32,547 nucleotides of DNA from Deferribacterales bacterium (GTDB lineage: Bacteria > Chrysiogenota > Deferribacteres > Deferribacterales > Geovibrionaceae). A program made the position numbers and the translations under genes. How positions within the stretch are numbered: the stretch's first letter is position 1; every line of letters starts with the position of its first letter. Location of the stretch: the NCBI GenBank assembly GCA_050253335.1, contig JBFWJG010000029.1:1-32547 (forward strand), read 5' to 3'. The notes beneath the pieces are model-generated. The model was given only the letters and a program-made list of their open reading frames with translations, searched no databases and was not told the origin of the DNA. This document shows, piece after piece, positions 9,522 to 17,279 of this stretch.

Positions 9522-10383
9522 TTTTCCTCTCCGTAAATTTCTTTCTGAATGATTCGTCCATGGTTTTTATATCAAGGTAAGTAAGGTAGTCATAACACTT
9601 GAAAGCCTTATCATAGGCAGGTTCACCGCAGATTACCCCGCCCGCCTTAAAGTACGAGAGCATAAGCGGAGGCACAAGGTTCTCCGCCGCCTCGCGGAAG
9701 GGTGCGAAGCGTTTTTCCTGAATCATCTCAAGCATCTTGTGGTATCTGTCCGTGCGGAACTTTGCCTTGGGCATGGCTCTCAGCTCCTCCGGAGCGAGGT
9801 AGTTTTTCTCAAGGTAGTAGTGCACAAGGGCTATGGTGAGGTTATCCGTTGTTTTGACCGATGAACAGCCGAAAAGGCATTCTGTGGATGTTTCGCTTAT
9901 GTATGTGCCCAGACCTTTCCAGAGAGCGGCTATTGTAGCCCCGCTGCGGTAGTCGGGATGTATGCAGGCTCTCCCCAGTTCCAGTTTTATTCCGGGGAGG
10001 GAGGTTATGTTCTCCATCTTGAACTCGGAACAGGAGTAGAACTTATCGCTGAACAGAGAGCTGTTCAGCCTGTATGTGCCGATTATCTGCCCCGCCTCCT
10101 TGTCTATAACCGCGAGGTGATCAAACAGAAAGTCATATTTATCAACATCCTTGCCTCTGAAGCGCTTCTTATCCAGCAGCTCGCGGTAGAATACCTCATG
10201 GCGCAGGCGGAGAACATCGCTGAGCTCGTCCCCGTTTTCCACAGTTTTGACAAGATATTTGCGTGAATCCAAATTAATTGTGACATTCGGCCTGTAGGTT
10301 CTCAGGCGGAACCTGAACTTTTTTGAAAGTTCCTGAAGAAAATCCGCGGCTTTTCTGATTTTTCCCTTTTTAACAGCGTTCAT
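9502..10383 (-). CDS. GNAT acyl-ACP N-acyltransferase (OlsB-like, ornithine/amino-lipid synthesis; often annotated putative hemolysin)
   Basis: LRLRHEVF, DVDKYD..FDHL, IGTYRL, YSCSEF, ELGRACIHPDYR, LFGCSS and PPLMLSY..G..CGEPA.D..F motifs of the OlsB/Acetyltransf_5 family. Confidence 0.85.
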   Translation of the reverse strand: MNAVKKGKIRKAADFLQELSKKFRFRLRTYRPNVTINLDSRKYLVKTVENGDELSDVLRLRHEVFYRELLDKKRFRGKDVDKYDFLFDHLAVIDKEAGQIIGTYRLNSSLFSDKFYSCSEFKMENITSLPGIKLELGRACIHPDYRSGATIAALWKGLGTYISETSTECLFGCSSVKTTDNLTIALVHYYLEKNYLAPEELRAMPKAKFRTDRYHKMLEMIQEKRFAPFREAAENLVPPLMLSYFKAGGVICGEPAYDKAFKCYDYLTYLDIKTMDESFRKKFTERKNEEVCC

Positions 10384-10479
10384 TCTGCCACTCCGTGTGT
10401 TTTCTTATGTCAGGAGGATATTATTTTGTTGTCAGGGATTGTTGCGCCTGTTGTGAAAAATTCTTCAAATCAAATAAAC

Positions 10480-10519
10480 CTGACATTTGTTTTACACAGC
10501 CGCGACATAAAACTGACAA
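10480..10519. promoter_or_regulatory. Four 11-bp-phased direct repeats resembling PhoB/PhoP (Pho) boxes
   Basis: CTGACAT (10480), TTTACAC (10491), GCGACAT (10502) and CTGACAA (10513) with exact 11-bp spacing. CATAAAACTGACA resembles the enterobacterial CTGTCATAAAACTGTCA box. Confidence 0.65.
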
Positions 10520-10573
10520 GGGAGGCTTATAGAAAACATTAGCAAACAGATGACAATACACAGGAGAGAACAA

Positions 10574-12985
10574 ATGGCAAAAGCAGATTTGCACTGTCAC
10601 TCCAAATTTTCCAACCACCCCACCGAATGGTTTTTGCAGAGGCTCGGTTCCGCCGAATCATACACCGAACCGGAATACATCTACCGCACAATGAAAGAAA
10701 GAGGGATGGACTTCGTGACCGTCACTGACCACAACAAGATGGACGCATCCCTTATACTCAATGAAAAATACCCCGAAGACACCTTCACAGGGGTGGAATC
10801 CACAGTCTATTTCCCTGAGGACGGCTGCAAGATACACTGCCTTGTTTACGGGCTGAGCGAAAGCCAGTTCGCTGTGATACAGAAGATACGGCGGGACATT
10901 TACGACTTCCGTGACTACATAAAGGAACAGAACCTCGCCTACTCGGTAGCCCACGCCACATATTCCGTCAACAACAGGCTCAATATCGGTCATCTGGAAA
11001 AACTTATTCTCCTCTTTGATATTTTCGAAGGGATAAACGGCGGGCGGGGCAAGCTCCACAACATGACGTGGGTTAACGCTCTGGAGGGGCTCTCCCCCGA
11101 TAAGATAGACGAACTCGCCTCCAGACATAATATTAAACCCTTCGGTTCATGCCCGTGGATCAAGGGCTTCACCGGAGGCTCTGACGACCATGCGGGTCTG
11201 TTCCTCGGAAATACATACACCATAACGAAGGCCGCAACGCCTCAGGACTTTCTGGAAAAGGTAAAAACCAAGCAGACAAGGCATTCAGGCAACTACAGCA
11301 GCTTTCACTCACTGGCTTTCACAGTGTATAAAATCGCCTACGACTTCACCAGAAACCACAAAAACATGGCAGGAGCAGAGGGGCTTTTCAACAACATAAC
11401 CTCATACATCTTCGAGGACAGAAAACCCACCCTCCTTGAGCGTCTCAAGCTGAAAAGCATGAAAATGCGCAAATCGGCGGATGGAAGCAAGGTCAGGCGT
11501 CTGGTTACTGAGCTTGTGGAGGATGTCCGCGGTCTCACGGACGGCAATATAAACCGCAAGCTCTCCGTTGTTTACGACAAGGCGACGGATATTGCCGATG
11601 AATACACAAAGATGGCTCTCTCCGGACTCACCGGAGATGCGAAAAACTACAGGCCGGAGGAGTTGGTGCGCAGCATCACCTCATCCCTCCCGGGAATATT
11701 CCTCAGCGTGCCCTTTTTCACCTCATTCGGCCACATGTACAAGGATCGCCGCCTCGTGGACGAGATAGAACAGCGATTCTCCGTCCGCTCCACCAGAACA
11801 AAAAAGAAGATACTCTGGTTCACGGACACAATAACCGACCTCAACGGTGTCTCCGTAACTCTCCGCACCATAGGCAGACTGGCGCACGAGCAGGGGTATG
11901 ACCTTAAAATTGTCTCCTGCCTCACCGAAGACGAGATAGACCACCGCCTCCCGCCGAACTATGTGAACCTTCAGCCGATATACTCCTTCGCTATGCCGTA
12001 CTATGAAAAGCTCACGGTCAAAATCCCCTCCGTGCTCAAGGCACTGGAAGATATTTACGCCTTTGATCCGGACGAGGTGTATATATCAACCCCCGGGCCA
12101 GTGGGGCTTGTGGGACTTCTGGCGGCGACGCTGCTGAATGTGAAAAGCTCCGGAATATACCACACGGACTTCACCAAGGAGGTTTACGAAATAACCTCCA
12201 ACGACTCGCTCAAGGTGCTGGTGGAAACATACACCCGCTGGTTCTTTGATTCCGTGACGGAGCTTAAAACCACCTCGGCGGAATACATGAGCCTGCTTTC
12301 CGAACGGGGGATGGCGCGCCACAAGATGAGCGTCTTCCACAGGGGGATAGACGCAAGGCTCTTCTGCCCCATGAAAAGTGACGGGGAAGGCTTCTTCACC
12401 CTCGCATACGCAGGCAGAATATCGAAAGACAAAAATCTCGATTTCCTGCTGGAACTGTTCGGCAGACTTAACGGAAAATACTCAAACCTCAGGCTGATAA
12501 TGGCGGGGGACGGGCCTTACCTTGATGAAGTGAAAAACAGGACAAAAGGGATGACAAACGTCCTGATCATGAACGAAGTGGAACATGCACGGATGCCGGA
12601 GGTTTACGCGAAGGCGGATCTCTTCCTCTTCCCCAGCACAACGGACACCTTCGGCATGGTGGTGCTTGAGGCGCAGGCATGCGGAGTTCCGGCTATCGTG
12701 TCTGACGAGGGCGGCCCCAAGGAGATAATCGCCGATAAGGAAACCGGACTGGTCGCCTATGCTAATAACATGGAAGACTGGATGCACAAAACTTCCCGCA
12801 TGATAGAGCTCGCAGCATCAAAGCCCTCTGAATATGCCCGTTTCTCCGAAGCGGCACGGACAAGGGTTATGTCTGTCTTCAACTGGGATAAGGTTCTGCG
12901 GGACATCTTTGCCAAAAACAAAGCTGAAAACACACCTGAGAAAAGCGCAAACCTGCTCAGGGAAGTCTCCGCCTCGGTAGCCTGA
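10574..12985 (+). CDS. Fusion of a PHP-family phosphoesterase and a GT4 glycosyltransferase (start reassigned to MAKADL)
   Basis: PHP motifs DLHCHS, VTDHN, GVE, AH and GGSDDH; GT4 motifs DTITDLNGV, STPGPVG, YHTDF, YAGRISKDKN and DTFGMVVLEAQACGVP; AGGAGA RBS before ATG 10574. Confidence 0.88.
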   Translation: MAKADLHCHSKFSNHPTEWFLQRLGSAESYTEPEYIYRTMKERGMDFVTVTDHNKMDASLILNEKYPEDTFTGVESTVYFPEDGCKIHCLVYGLSESQFAVIQKIRRDIYDFRDYIKEQNLAYSVAHATYSVNNRLNIGHLEKLILLFDIFEGINGGRGKLHNMTWVNALEGLSPDKIDELASRHNIKPFGSCPWIKGFTGGSDDHAGLFLGNTYTITKAATPQDFLEKVKTKQTRHSGNYSSFHSLAFTVYKIAYDFTRNHKNMAGAEGLFNNITSYIFEDRKPTLLERLKLKSMKMRKSADGSKVRRLVTELVEDVRGLTDGNINRKLSVVYDKATDIADEYTKMALSGLTGDAKNYRPEELVRSITSSLPGIFLSVPFFTSFGHMYKDRRLVDEIEQRFSVRSTRTKKKILWFTDTITDLNGVSVTLRTIGRLAHEQGYDLKIVSCLTEDEIDHRLPPNYVNLQPIYSFAMPYYEKLTVKIPSVLKALEDIYAFDPDEVYISTPGPVGLVGLLAATLLNVKSSGIYHTDFTKEVYEITSNDSLKVLVETYTRWFFDSVTELKTTSAEYMSLLSERGMARHKMSVFHRGIDARLFCPMKSDGEGFFTLAYAGRISKDKNLDFLLELFGRLNGKYSNLRLIMAGDGPYLDEVKNRTKGMTNVLIMNEVEHARMPEVYAKADLFLFPSTTDTFGMVVLEAQACGVPAIVSDEGGPKEIIADKETGLVAYANNMEDWMHKTSRMIELAASKPSEYARFSEAARTRVMSVFNWDKVLRDIFAKNKAENTPEKSANLLREVSASVA

Positions 12986-14244
12986 TGTCTCTGGGGATTA
13001 ACGATTTTTTGAAAAATGCCGGAACTTTTCTGAAAGGCAGAGCACCGGGGCAGGCGGTAATCCAGCTTACCGACAGCTGCAACGCGAAGTGCCCCCAATG
13101 CGGAATGCGCGCTCAGGAAAAGTTTGAGCGGCACCGCCTGCACGATGAACGGCTGTTCGCCATGATAGACCGCGCGGCGGAAAACGGCGTAAGCGCAATA
13201 TCCTTCACCGGCGGGGAGCCCTTTCTCCATACGGATTCGCTGATAAGCTGCATTAACCATGCATCATCAAACGGAATAAAATTCATCCGCACAGGCACAA
13301 ACGCCTATTTCCTCACAGGGCACGACAAGCCCGACTTCACGGACAGAGTCAGACGCATTGCAGAGAAGATAGCCTCCACCAAGCTTTACACCATATGGTT
13401 CAGCCTTGACACATGGAACGCAGAACTCCACGAAGAGATGCGGGGGCTTAAAGGGGTTGTGAAAGGGATGGAAAAAGCTCTGCCAATCTTCGCCGAATAC
13501 GGCATATACCCTTCCGCCAACCTCGGCATAAACAGAAATGTATCCTTCGGCGAGCTTCCCGAACCGGCTTCTGATGAATCAAAAGCCGCTTTCCGTGAAA
13601 GCTTCAGGGAAGGATTCAGACGGTTTTACACATTCGCGGAAAATCTGGGGTTTACCATTGTCAACGCCTGCTACCCCATGAGCGCGGACGGAAACACAGT
13701 CTACAGGGCGGAATCTGCCGACAGGATAGTCCGCTTCACCGCAGATGAAAAAATAGAGCTGTTCAGCGCACTCTTCGAAACTATCCCCGAATACCGCTCC
13801 CGCCTGCGGATTTTCACTCCCCGCTCTTCCCTTCTCAGCCTGCTCAGGCAGTACAAAGGAGACGAAACGGCAGATTACGGATGCCGCGGCGGAATAGATT
13901 TCTTCTACATCGATTCCCAAAACGGACACGCCCACCCCTGCGGTTTCCGCGAAGGTGAGGACATGGGCAGATATGAGGACTTCGAGGCAAAAGGCTTCGG
14001 CCTCAGGGCAGACTGCCGCAGGTGCGACTGGGAATGTTTCCGCGATCCCTCAACCCTTTTCGGTCCTGTCACAGAGTTTTTCGCTCATCCGGCAGGCCTC
14101 ATAAGCCGTTTCGCCAATGACAGGGAGTTTTTCCGCCTCTGGCTGGAGGACATACGCTACTACGCCGCCTGCGGTTATTTCAACGGAAGAGAAAAACCGG
14201 ACTACGCAAAATTATCACGCTTTAAAACCATAAAACCGCTCTGA
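12985..14244 (+). CDS. Radical SAM enzyme with a C-terminal SPASM/twitch-like Cys cluster
   Basis: CNAKCPQC (CX3CX2C), FTGGEP, C-terminal CRGG..HPC..CRRCDWEC; start overlaps the upstream stop (TGATG). Confidence 0.9.
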   Translation: MSLGINDFLKNAGTFLKGRAPGQAVIQLTDSCNAKCPQCGMRAQEKFERHRLHDERLFAMIDRAAENGVSAISFTGGEPFLHTDSLISCINHASSNGIKFIRTGTNAYFLTGHDKPDFTDRVRRIAEKIASTKLYTIWFSLDTWNAELHEEMRGLKGVVKGMEKALPIFAEYGIYPSANLGINRNVSFGELPEPASDESKAAFRESFREGFRRFYTFAENLGFTIVNACYPMSADGNTVYRAESADRIVRFTADEKIELFSALFETIPEYRSRLRIFTPRSSLLSLLRQYKGDETADYGCRGGIDFFYIDSQNGHAHPCGFREGEDMGRYEDFEAKGFGLRADCRRCDWECFRDPSTLFGPVTEFFAHPAGLISRFANDREFFRLWLEDIRYYAACGYFNGREKPDYAKLSRFKTIKPL

Positions 14245-14334
14245 AGCACCTCTTTCACGCAGTTCCCCCTAATTCTGTTGACTTTTATAACAGGAAACCT
14301 TAAAACATCACCATTTGAACGAGGTATTTTTGAG

Positions 14335-14784
14335 ATGAAGACCGAAACCACTGTAAGCATTATTAACGAAATAAGAAAACTTTCCCGCTATCTGGACAAA
14401 TACTCAAAATACCTCAGCAACAAGTATCACATCACTCTGCCGCAGCTTCTCTGTCTTAACGAACTCCGCGCGGAGCAGGAGCTGAACCTCACCGAGCTTA
14501 CCAGACGCCTCAACCTGAACAACAGCGCCATAACCGGCATCATAGACAGGCTTGAGCTGAAAAACTATGTACAGAGGGTTAAAACCGGAAAAGACAGAAG
14601 AGCAATCCACCTGCGCCTCACGGACGAGGGAAGGATTTTTGCTGAAAAATCCCTCCAGATATTCGACCTCGACTGTTTTTTTGATAACACAAAGATAACC
14701 GAGCAGGAAACGGAAGTCCTCCTGCAGAACCTCGGCAAAATAATCAGCCTTCTTGACCCCGAAGTCAAAAAGATAGATCTGTAA
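14335..14784 (+). CDS. MarR-family regulator, EctR/CosR-like (start reassigned to MKTETT)
   Basis: IRKLSRYLDKYSKYL..ITLPQL, TGIIDRLE..V.R..DRR..LTDEG; GAGG RBS upstream of ATG 14335. Confidence 0.85.
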   Translation: MKTETTVSIINEIRKLSRYLDKYSKYLSNKYHITLPQLLCLNELRAEQELNLTELTRRLNLNNSAITGIIDRLELKNYVQRVKTGKDRRAIHLRLTDEGRIFAEKSLQIFDLDCFFDNTKITEQETEVLLQNLGKIISLLDPEVKKIDL

Positions 14785-14810
14785 AACAGGCTTTTTATGT
14801 TCTTCCCTTT

Positions 14811-14960
14811 TTAGGGAAACTTTTTTTACGGCAAAAAAGTTTCCCTAACCCTTCAAAAAACCGAATACTATTCAAAGCTTTTGTATTCTTCCAAAAATCT
14901 GGTTTCTTTGGGAAGAGTTTGAGAAGACCTTTCTTTTTCATTAAAGAAAGGTCTTCTCAA
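14811..14960. repeat. Inverted doublet of long AT-stem hairpins (REP-like family C)
   Basis: Hairpin TTAGGGAAACTTTTTT..AAAAAAGTTTCCCTAA (14811-14848) and hairpin TTGAGAAGACCTTTCTTT..AAAGAAAGGTCTTCTCAA (14919-14960), with partly complementary inner flanks (CCCTTCAAAAAACC / GGTTTCTTTGGGAAGAG). Confidence 0.65.
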
Positions 14961-14966
14961 GTATCT

Positions 14967-15158
14967 TAATGCGGCTTTTCTTCCTGAAAAGCTTACTTCA
15001 CTGCTTTCAGCAGTTCGTCTGTTTTGATAATGCGGAATTTACCGTCCATGGAAATTCCGCATACACGCTCACGGGCGGATAAACCGCCCTACGCTCCGCA
15101 CGGCGGCTTTTCTTCCTGAAAAGCTTATTTCACTGCTTTCAGCAGTTCGTCTATTTTG
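14967..15158. repeat. 56-bp direct repeat of the opuAC 3' end flanking a partial family A element (15028-15105)
   Basis: 14971-15026 matches 15103-15158 with 2 mismatches. Between them lies TAATGCGGAATTT..AAATTCCGCATACACGCTCACGGGCGG-ATAAA-CCGCCCTACGCTCCGCACGGCG. Confidence 0.9.
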
Positions 15159-15982
15159 GCTCTGTTGGTTTTTACGAATTTTTCGGCGCTTTTCTTGGGA
15201 TCCATGCCGTTTTTGTTGTCCACGAGGGCGGTGCTGAGGTCAAGCTTCTTCCAGTCGAACTTGCTGAAAAAAGCAAAGACTTCGGGCATATCCTTATCAA
15301 GGCCTTTTCTCACTATTGTGTTGATGGTTTCCGCTCCGCCGAATATTTTGTCCGGATCATCGAGTATTTTCAGATCCCACTCGCCGAACATCCAGTGGGG
15401 CTGCCAGCCGGGGACTACGATCCATTCCTTTCTTTTGATGGCGTTTGAGAGCGAGGCAACCATTATGGCGTCACTCCCTGAAACATACTCAAACTTGCCG
15501 ATGCCTGAGGTGTTTTTGGCTATGGCTTCCTCAGCCGCCTTGGACATTCCGGCTCCGGGGTCAATACCGATTATTTTGCCTTTGAACTTGTCAATGCTGG
15601 CGCCCATTTCCGTTACGGAGTTAATTGTTACATACGAAGGAACAACGAAGCCCAGTTTCGCATCAACATAGTTGGGGCCGAGATCCACAATCCTGTTTTT
15701 ATACTTGGTATAGAGATCCGCATGGGTTATGGGAAGCCATGCGCAGAGCAGGGCATCGGAATCGCCCTCCGCAACCGAAGCCCACATGGCGGCATTGGCT
15801 ACAGAGGTGGTCTTGACATCGTATCCCATCTCCTCAAGCAGTACCCCCGCCACATGGGTTATGGCAACGGCTCTTGCCCATTCGACATAAACCAGCTCAA
15901 CCCTTTCCTTCGCCTGCGCCGCACCCGTGAAAATCACGAGGCTGAGAAGCGCCGCTGTAAATAACTTTGTAATCTTCTTCAT
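15125..15982 (-). CDS. opuAC: Glycine betaine/proline ABC transporter substrate-binding protein
   Basis: Signal peptide; YVEW, AWLPITH, GIDPGAG and WQPHWMF aromatic-cage motifs. Confidence 0.92.
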   Translation of the reverse strand: MKKITKLFTAALLSLVIFTGAAQAKERVELVYVEWARAVAITHVAGVLLEEMGYDVKTTSVANAAMWASVAEGDSDALLCAWLPITHADLYTKYKNRIVDLGPNYVDAKLGFVVPSYVTINSVTEMGASIDKFKGKIIGIDPGAGMSKAAEEAIAKNTSGIGKFEYVSGSDAIMVASLSNAIKRKEWIVVPGWQPHWMFGEWDLKILDDPDKIFGGAETINTIVRKGLDKDMPEVFAFFSKFDWKKLDLSTALVDNKNGMDPKKSAEKFVKTNRAKIDELLKAVK

Positions 15983-15998
15983 TTATCTTTCCTCCTTT

Positions 15999-16334
15999 TA
16001 TTGATAATTCAAAATTTATTATCCTAAAAATTTTGAATACACGCTCGCGGCAGGATAAACCTGCCTTCGCTTCGCACGGCGCAGTTCCTTCCATGGAACT
16101 GTAGCCGCGTTTCCGCAAACGCCATGTATTGATAATTCAAAATTTATTATCCTAAAAAATCCCGCATACACGCTCGCGGCAGGATAAACCTGCCTCCGCT
16201 TCGCACGGCGCAGTTCCTTCCATGGAACTGTAGCCGCGTTTCCGCAAACGCCATGTATTGATAATTCAAAATTTATTATCCTAAAAAATCCCGCATACAC
16301 GCTCGCGGCAGGATAAACCTGCCTCCGCTTCGCA
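15999..16334 (+). repeat. Tandem array of 2.6 family A units (128/129-bp period) between opuAB and opuAC
   Basis: TATTGATAATTCAAAATTTATTATCCTAAAAA at 15999, 16127 and 16256, each followed by ATACACGCTCGCGGCAGGATAAACCTGCC; the third copy is truncated at 16334. Confidence 0.92.
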
Positions 16335-16351
16335 GTCCTTGGGGACATTTC

Positions 16352-16422
16352 CGTCATTCTGAGCGTCAGCGAAGAATCTCGGTTTATTGCCCTGCATGAG
16401 ACTGCTTCACTTCTTTCATGAC
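16352..16422. repeat. CGTC/TGTC-type REP doublet remnant (family D)
   Basis: CGTCATTCTGAGCGTCAGCGAAGAATCTC followed by a degenerate partner GAGACTGCTTCAC..CATGAC, matching the widespread GTCATTCTGAGC..GCGAAGAATCT REP pattern. Confidence 0.6.
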
Positions 16423-16445
16423 CGCGGAATAACACTGAGCAGTCT

Positions 16446-17279
16446 CTATCTCTTTTTAGCCGCCGTATTTTGCGTAACCCTGTCAAGGATCATGGCGATT
16501 ATCACCACTGCGATACCGGCTTCAAAACCTCTGCCCATCCAGAGCCTCTGGATTGCTCTCCATACCTCTCCGCCCAGTCCGCCTGCGCCGATCATCGCGG
16601 CGATAACCACCATTGAGAGCGCAAGCATAATAGTCTGGTTGACCCCTGCCATGATGGTCGGCATTGCCAGAGGAAGCTGAAGCTTGAAGAGCTTCTGCTT
16701 CTTGGTCGAACCGAAAGCATCCGCCGCCTCTATAAGTTCCGAGGGAACCTGGCTTATGCCGAGGCAGGTAAGCCTTATGGACGGGGGCATGGCGAAAACC
16801 ACTGTGGTAAAAATTGCCGATACGGGGCCAAGCCCGAAAAACGGAATAGCCGGAATGAGATAAACAAACGCCGGCATGGTCTGCATGAAGTCAAGCAGAG
16901 GCATGAGCACCCTGTTGAACGGTTTGTAAATAGCTGCGAAAATACCCAGAGGTATCCCCACTGCGATTGATACCAGTGTCGCCGAAAGGACAAGGGCAAG
17001 GGTCGAGACTGTAGCTTCCCAAAGCCCGAGATTCAGTATAAACAAAAGCCCCGCCACACTGCCTATGGCGATTCTTCTGCCTGAAAACTTAAACAGAAGC
17101 CCGCCTGCAATGGCTATAAACACAACAGGGTGAAAAAACAGCATCCCGTCAATGAGATGATCCAGAGCGGTCTCCGTTATGTCCGATACGGCTCTTGTGA
17201 AGTCGGAAAAATGCTCCGTGGTGAAATCTATGAATTTTTCTATCATTTCCCCAAGGGGAAACTTAGGTATACTATCCAT
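16446..17279 (-). CDS. opuAB: Glycine betaine/proline ABC transporter permease
   Basis: LDFMQTMPAFVYLIP, EAA motif EAADAFG, AGVNQTIMLALSMVVIAAMIG. Confidence 0.95.
   Translation of the reverse strand: MDSIPKFPLGEMIEKFIDFTTEHFSDFTRAVSDITETALDHLIDGMLFFHPVVFIAIAGGLLFKFSGRRIAIGSVAGLLFILNLGLWEATVSTLALVLSATLVSIAVGIPLGIFAAIYKPFNRVLMPLLDFMQTMPAFVYLIPAIPFFGLGPVSAIFTTVVFAMPPSIRLTCLGISQVPSELIEAADAFGSTKKQKLFKLQLPLAMPTIMAGVNQTIMLALSMVVIAAMIGAGGLGGEVWRAIQRLWMGRGFEAGIAVVIIAMILDRVTQNTAAKKR

Noticed and set aside
9502..10383. Hemolysin
   Set aside because: A common misannotation of OlsB-like GNATs; motifs and the adjacent acyltransferase point to lipid synthesis.
14971..15158. Diversity-generating retroelement TR/VR pair at the opuAC 3' end
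   Set aside because: Only two differences, which are not both at adenines on one strand, and no reverse transcriptase in the window.
1..16334. CRISPR interpretation of the repeat arrays at 1-336, 366-559 and 15999-16334
   Set aside because: Units are over 100 bp and repeated in full without unique spacers; no cas genes in the window.
16019..16486. 155-aa ORF with internal peptide repeats (also 15897-16118)
   Set aside because: Translation of the family A tandem array; it overlaps opuAB and the repeats are explained at the DNA-hairpin level.
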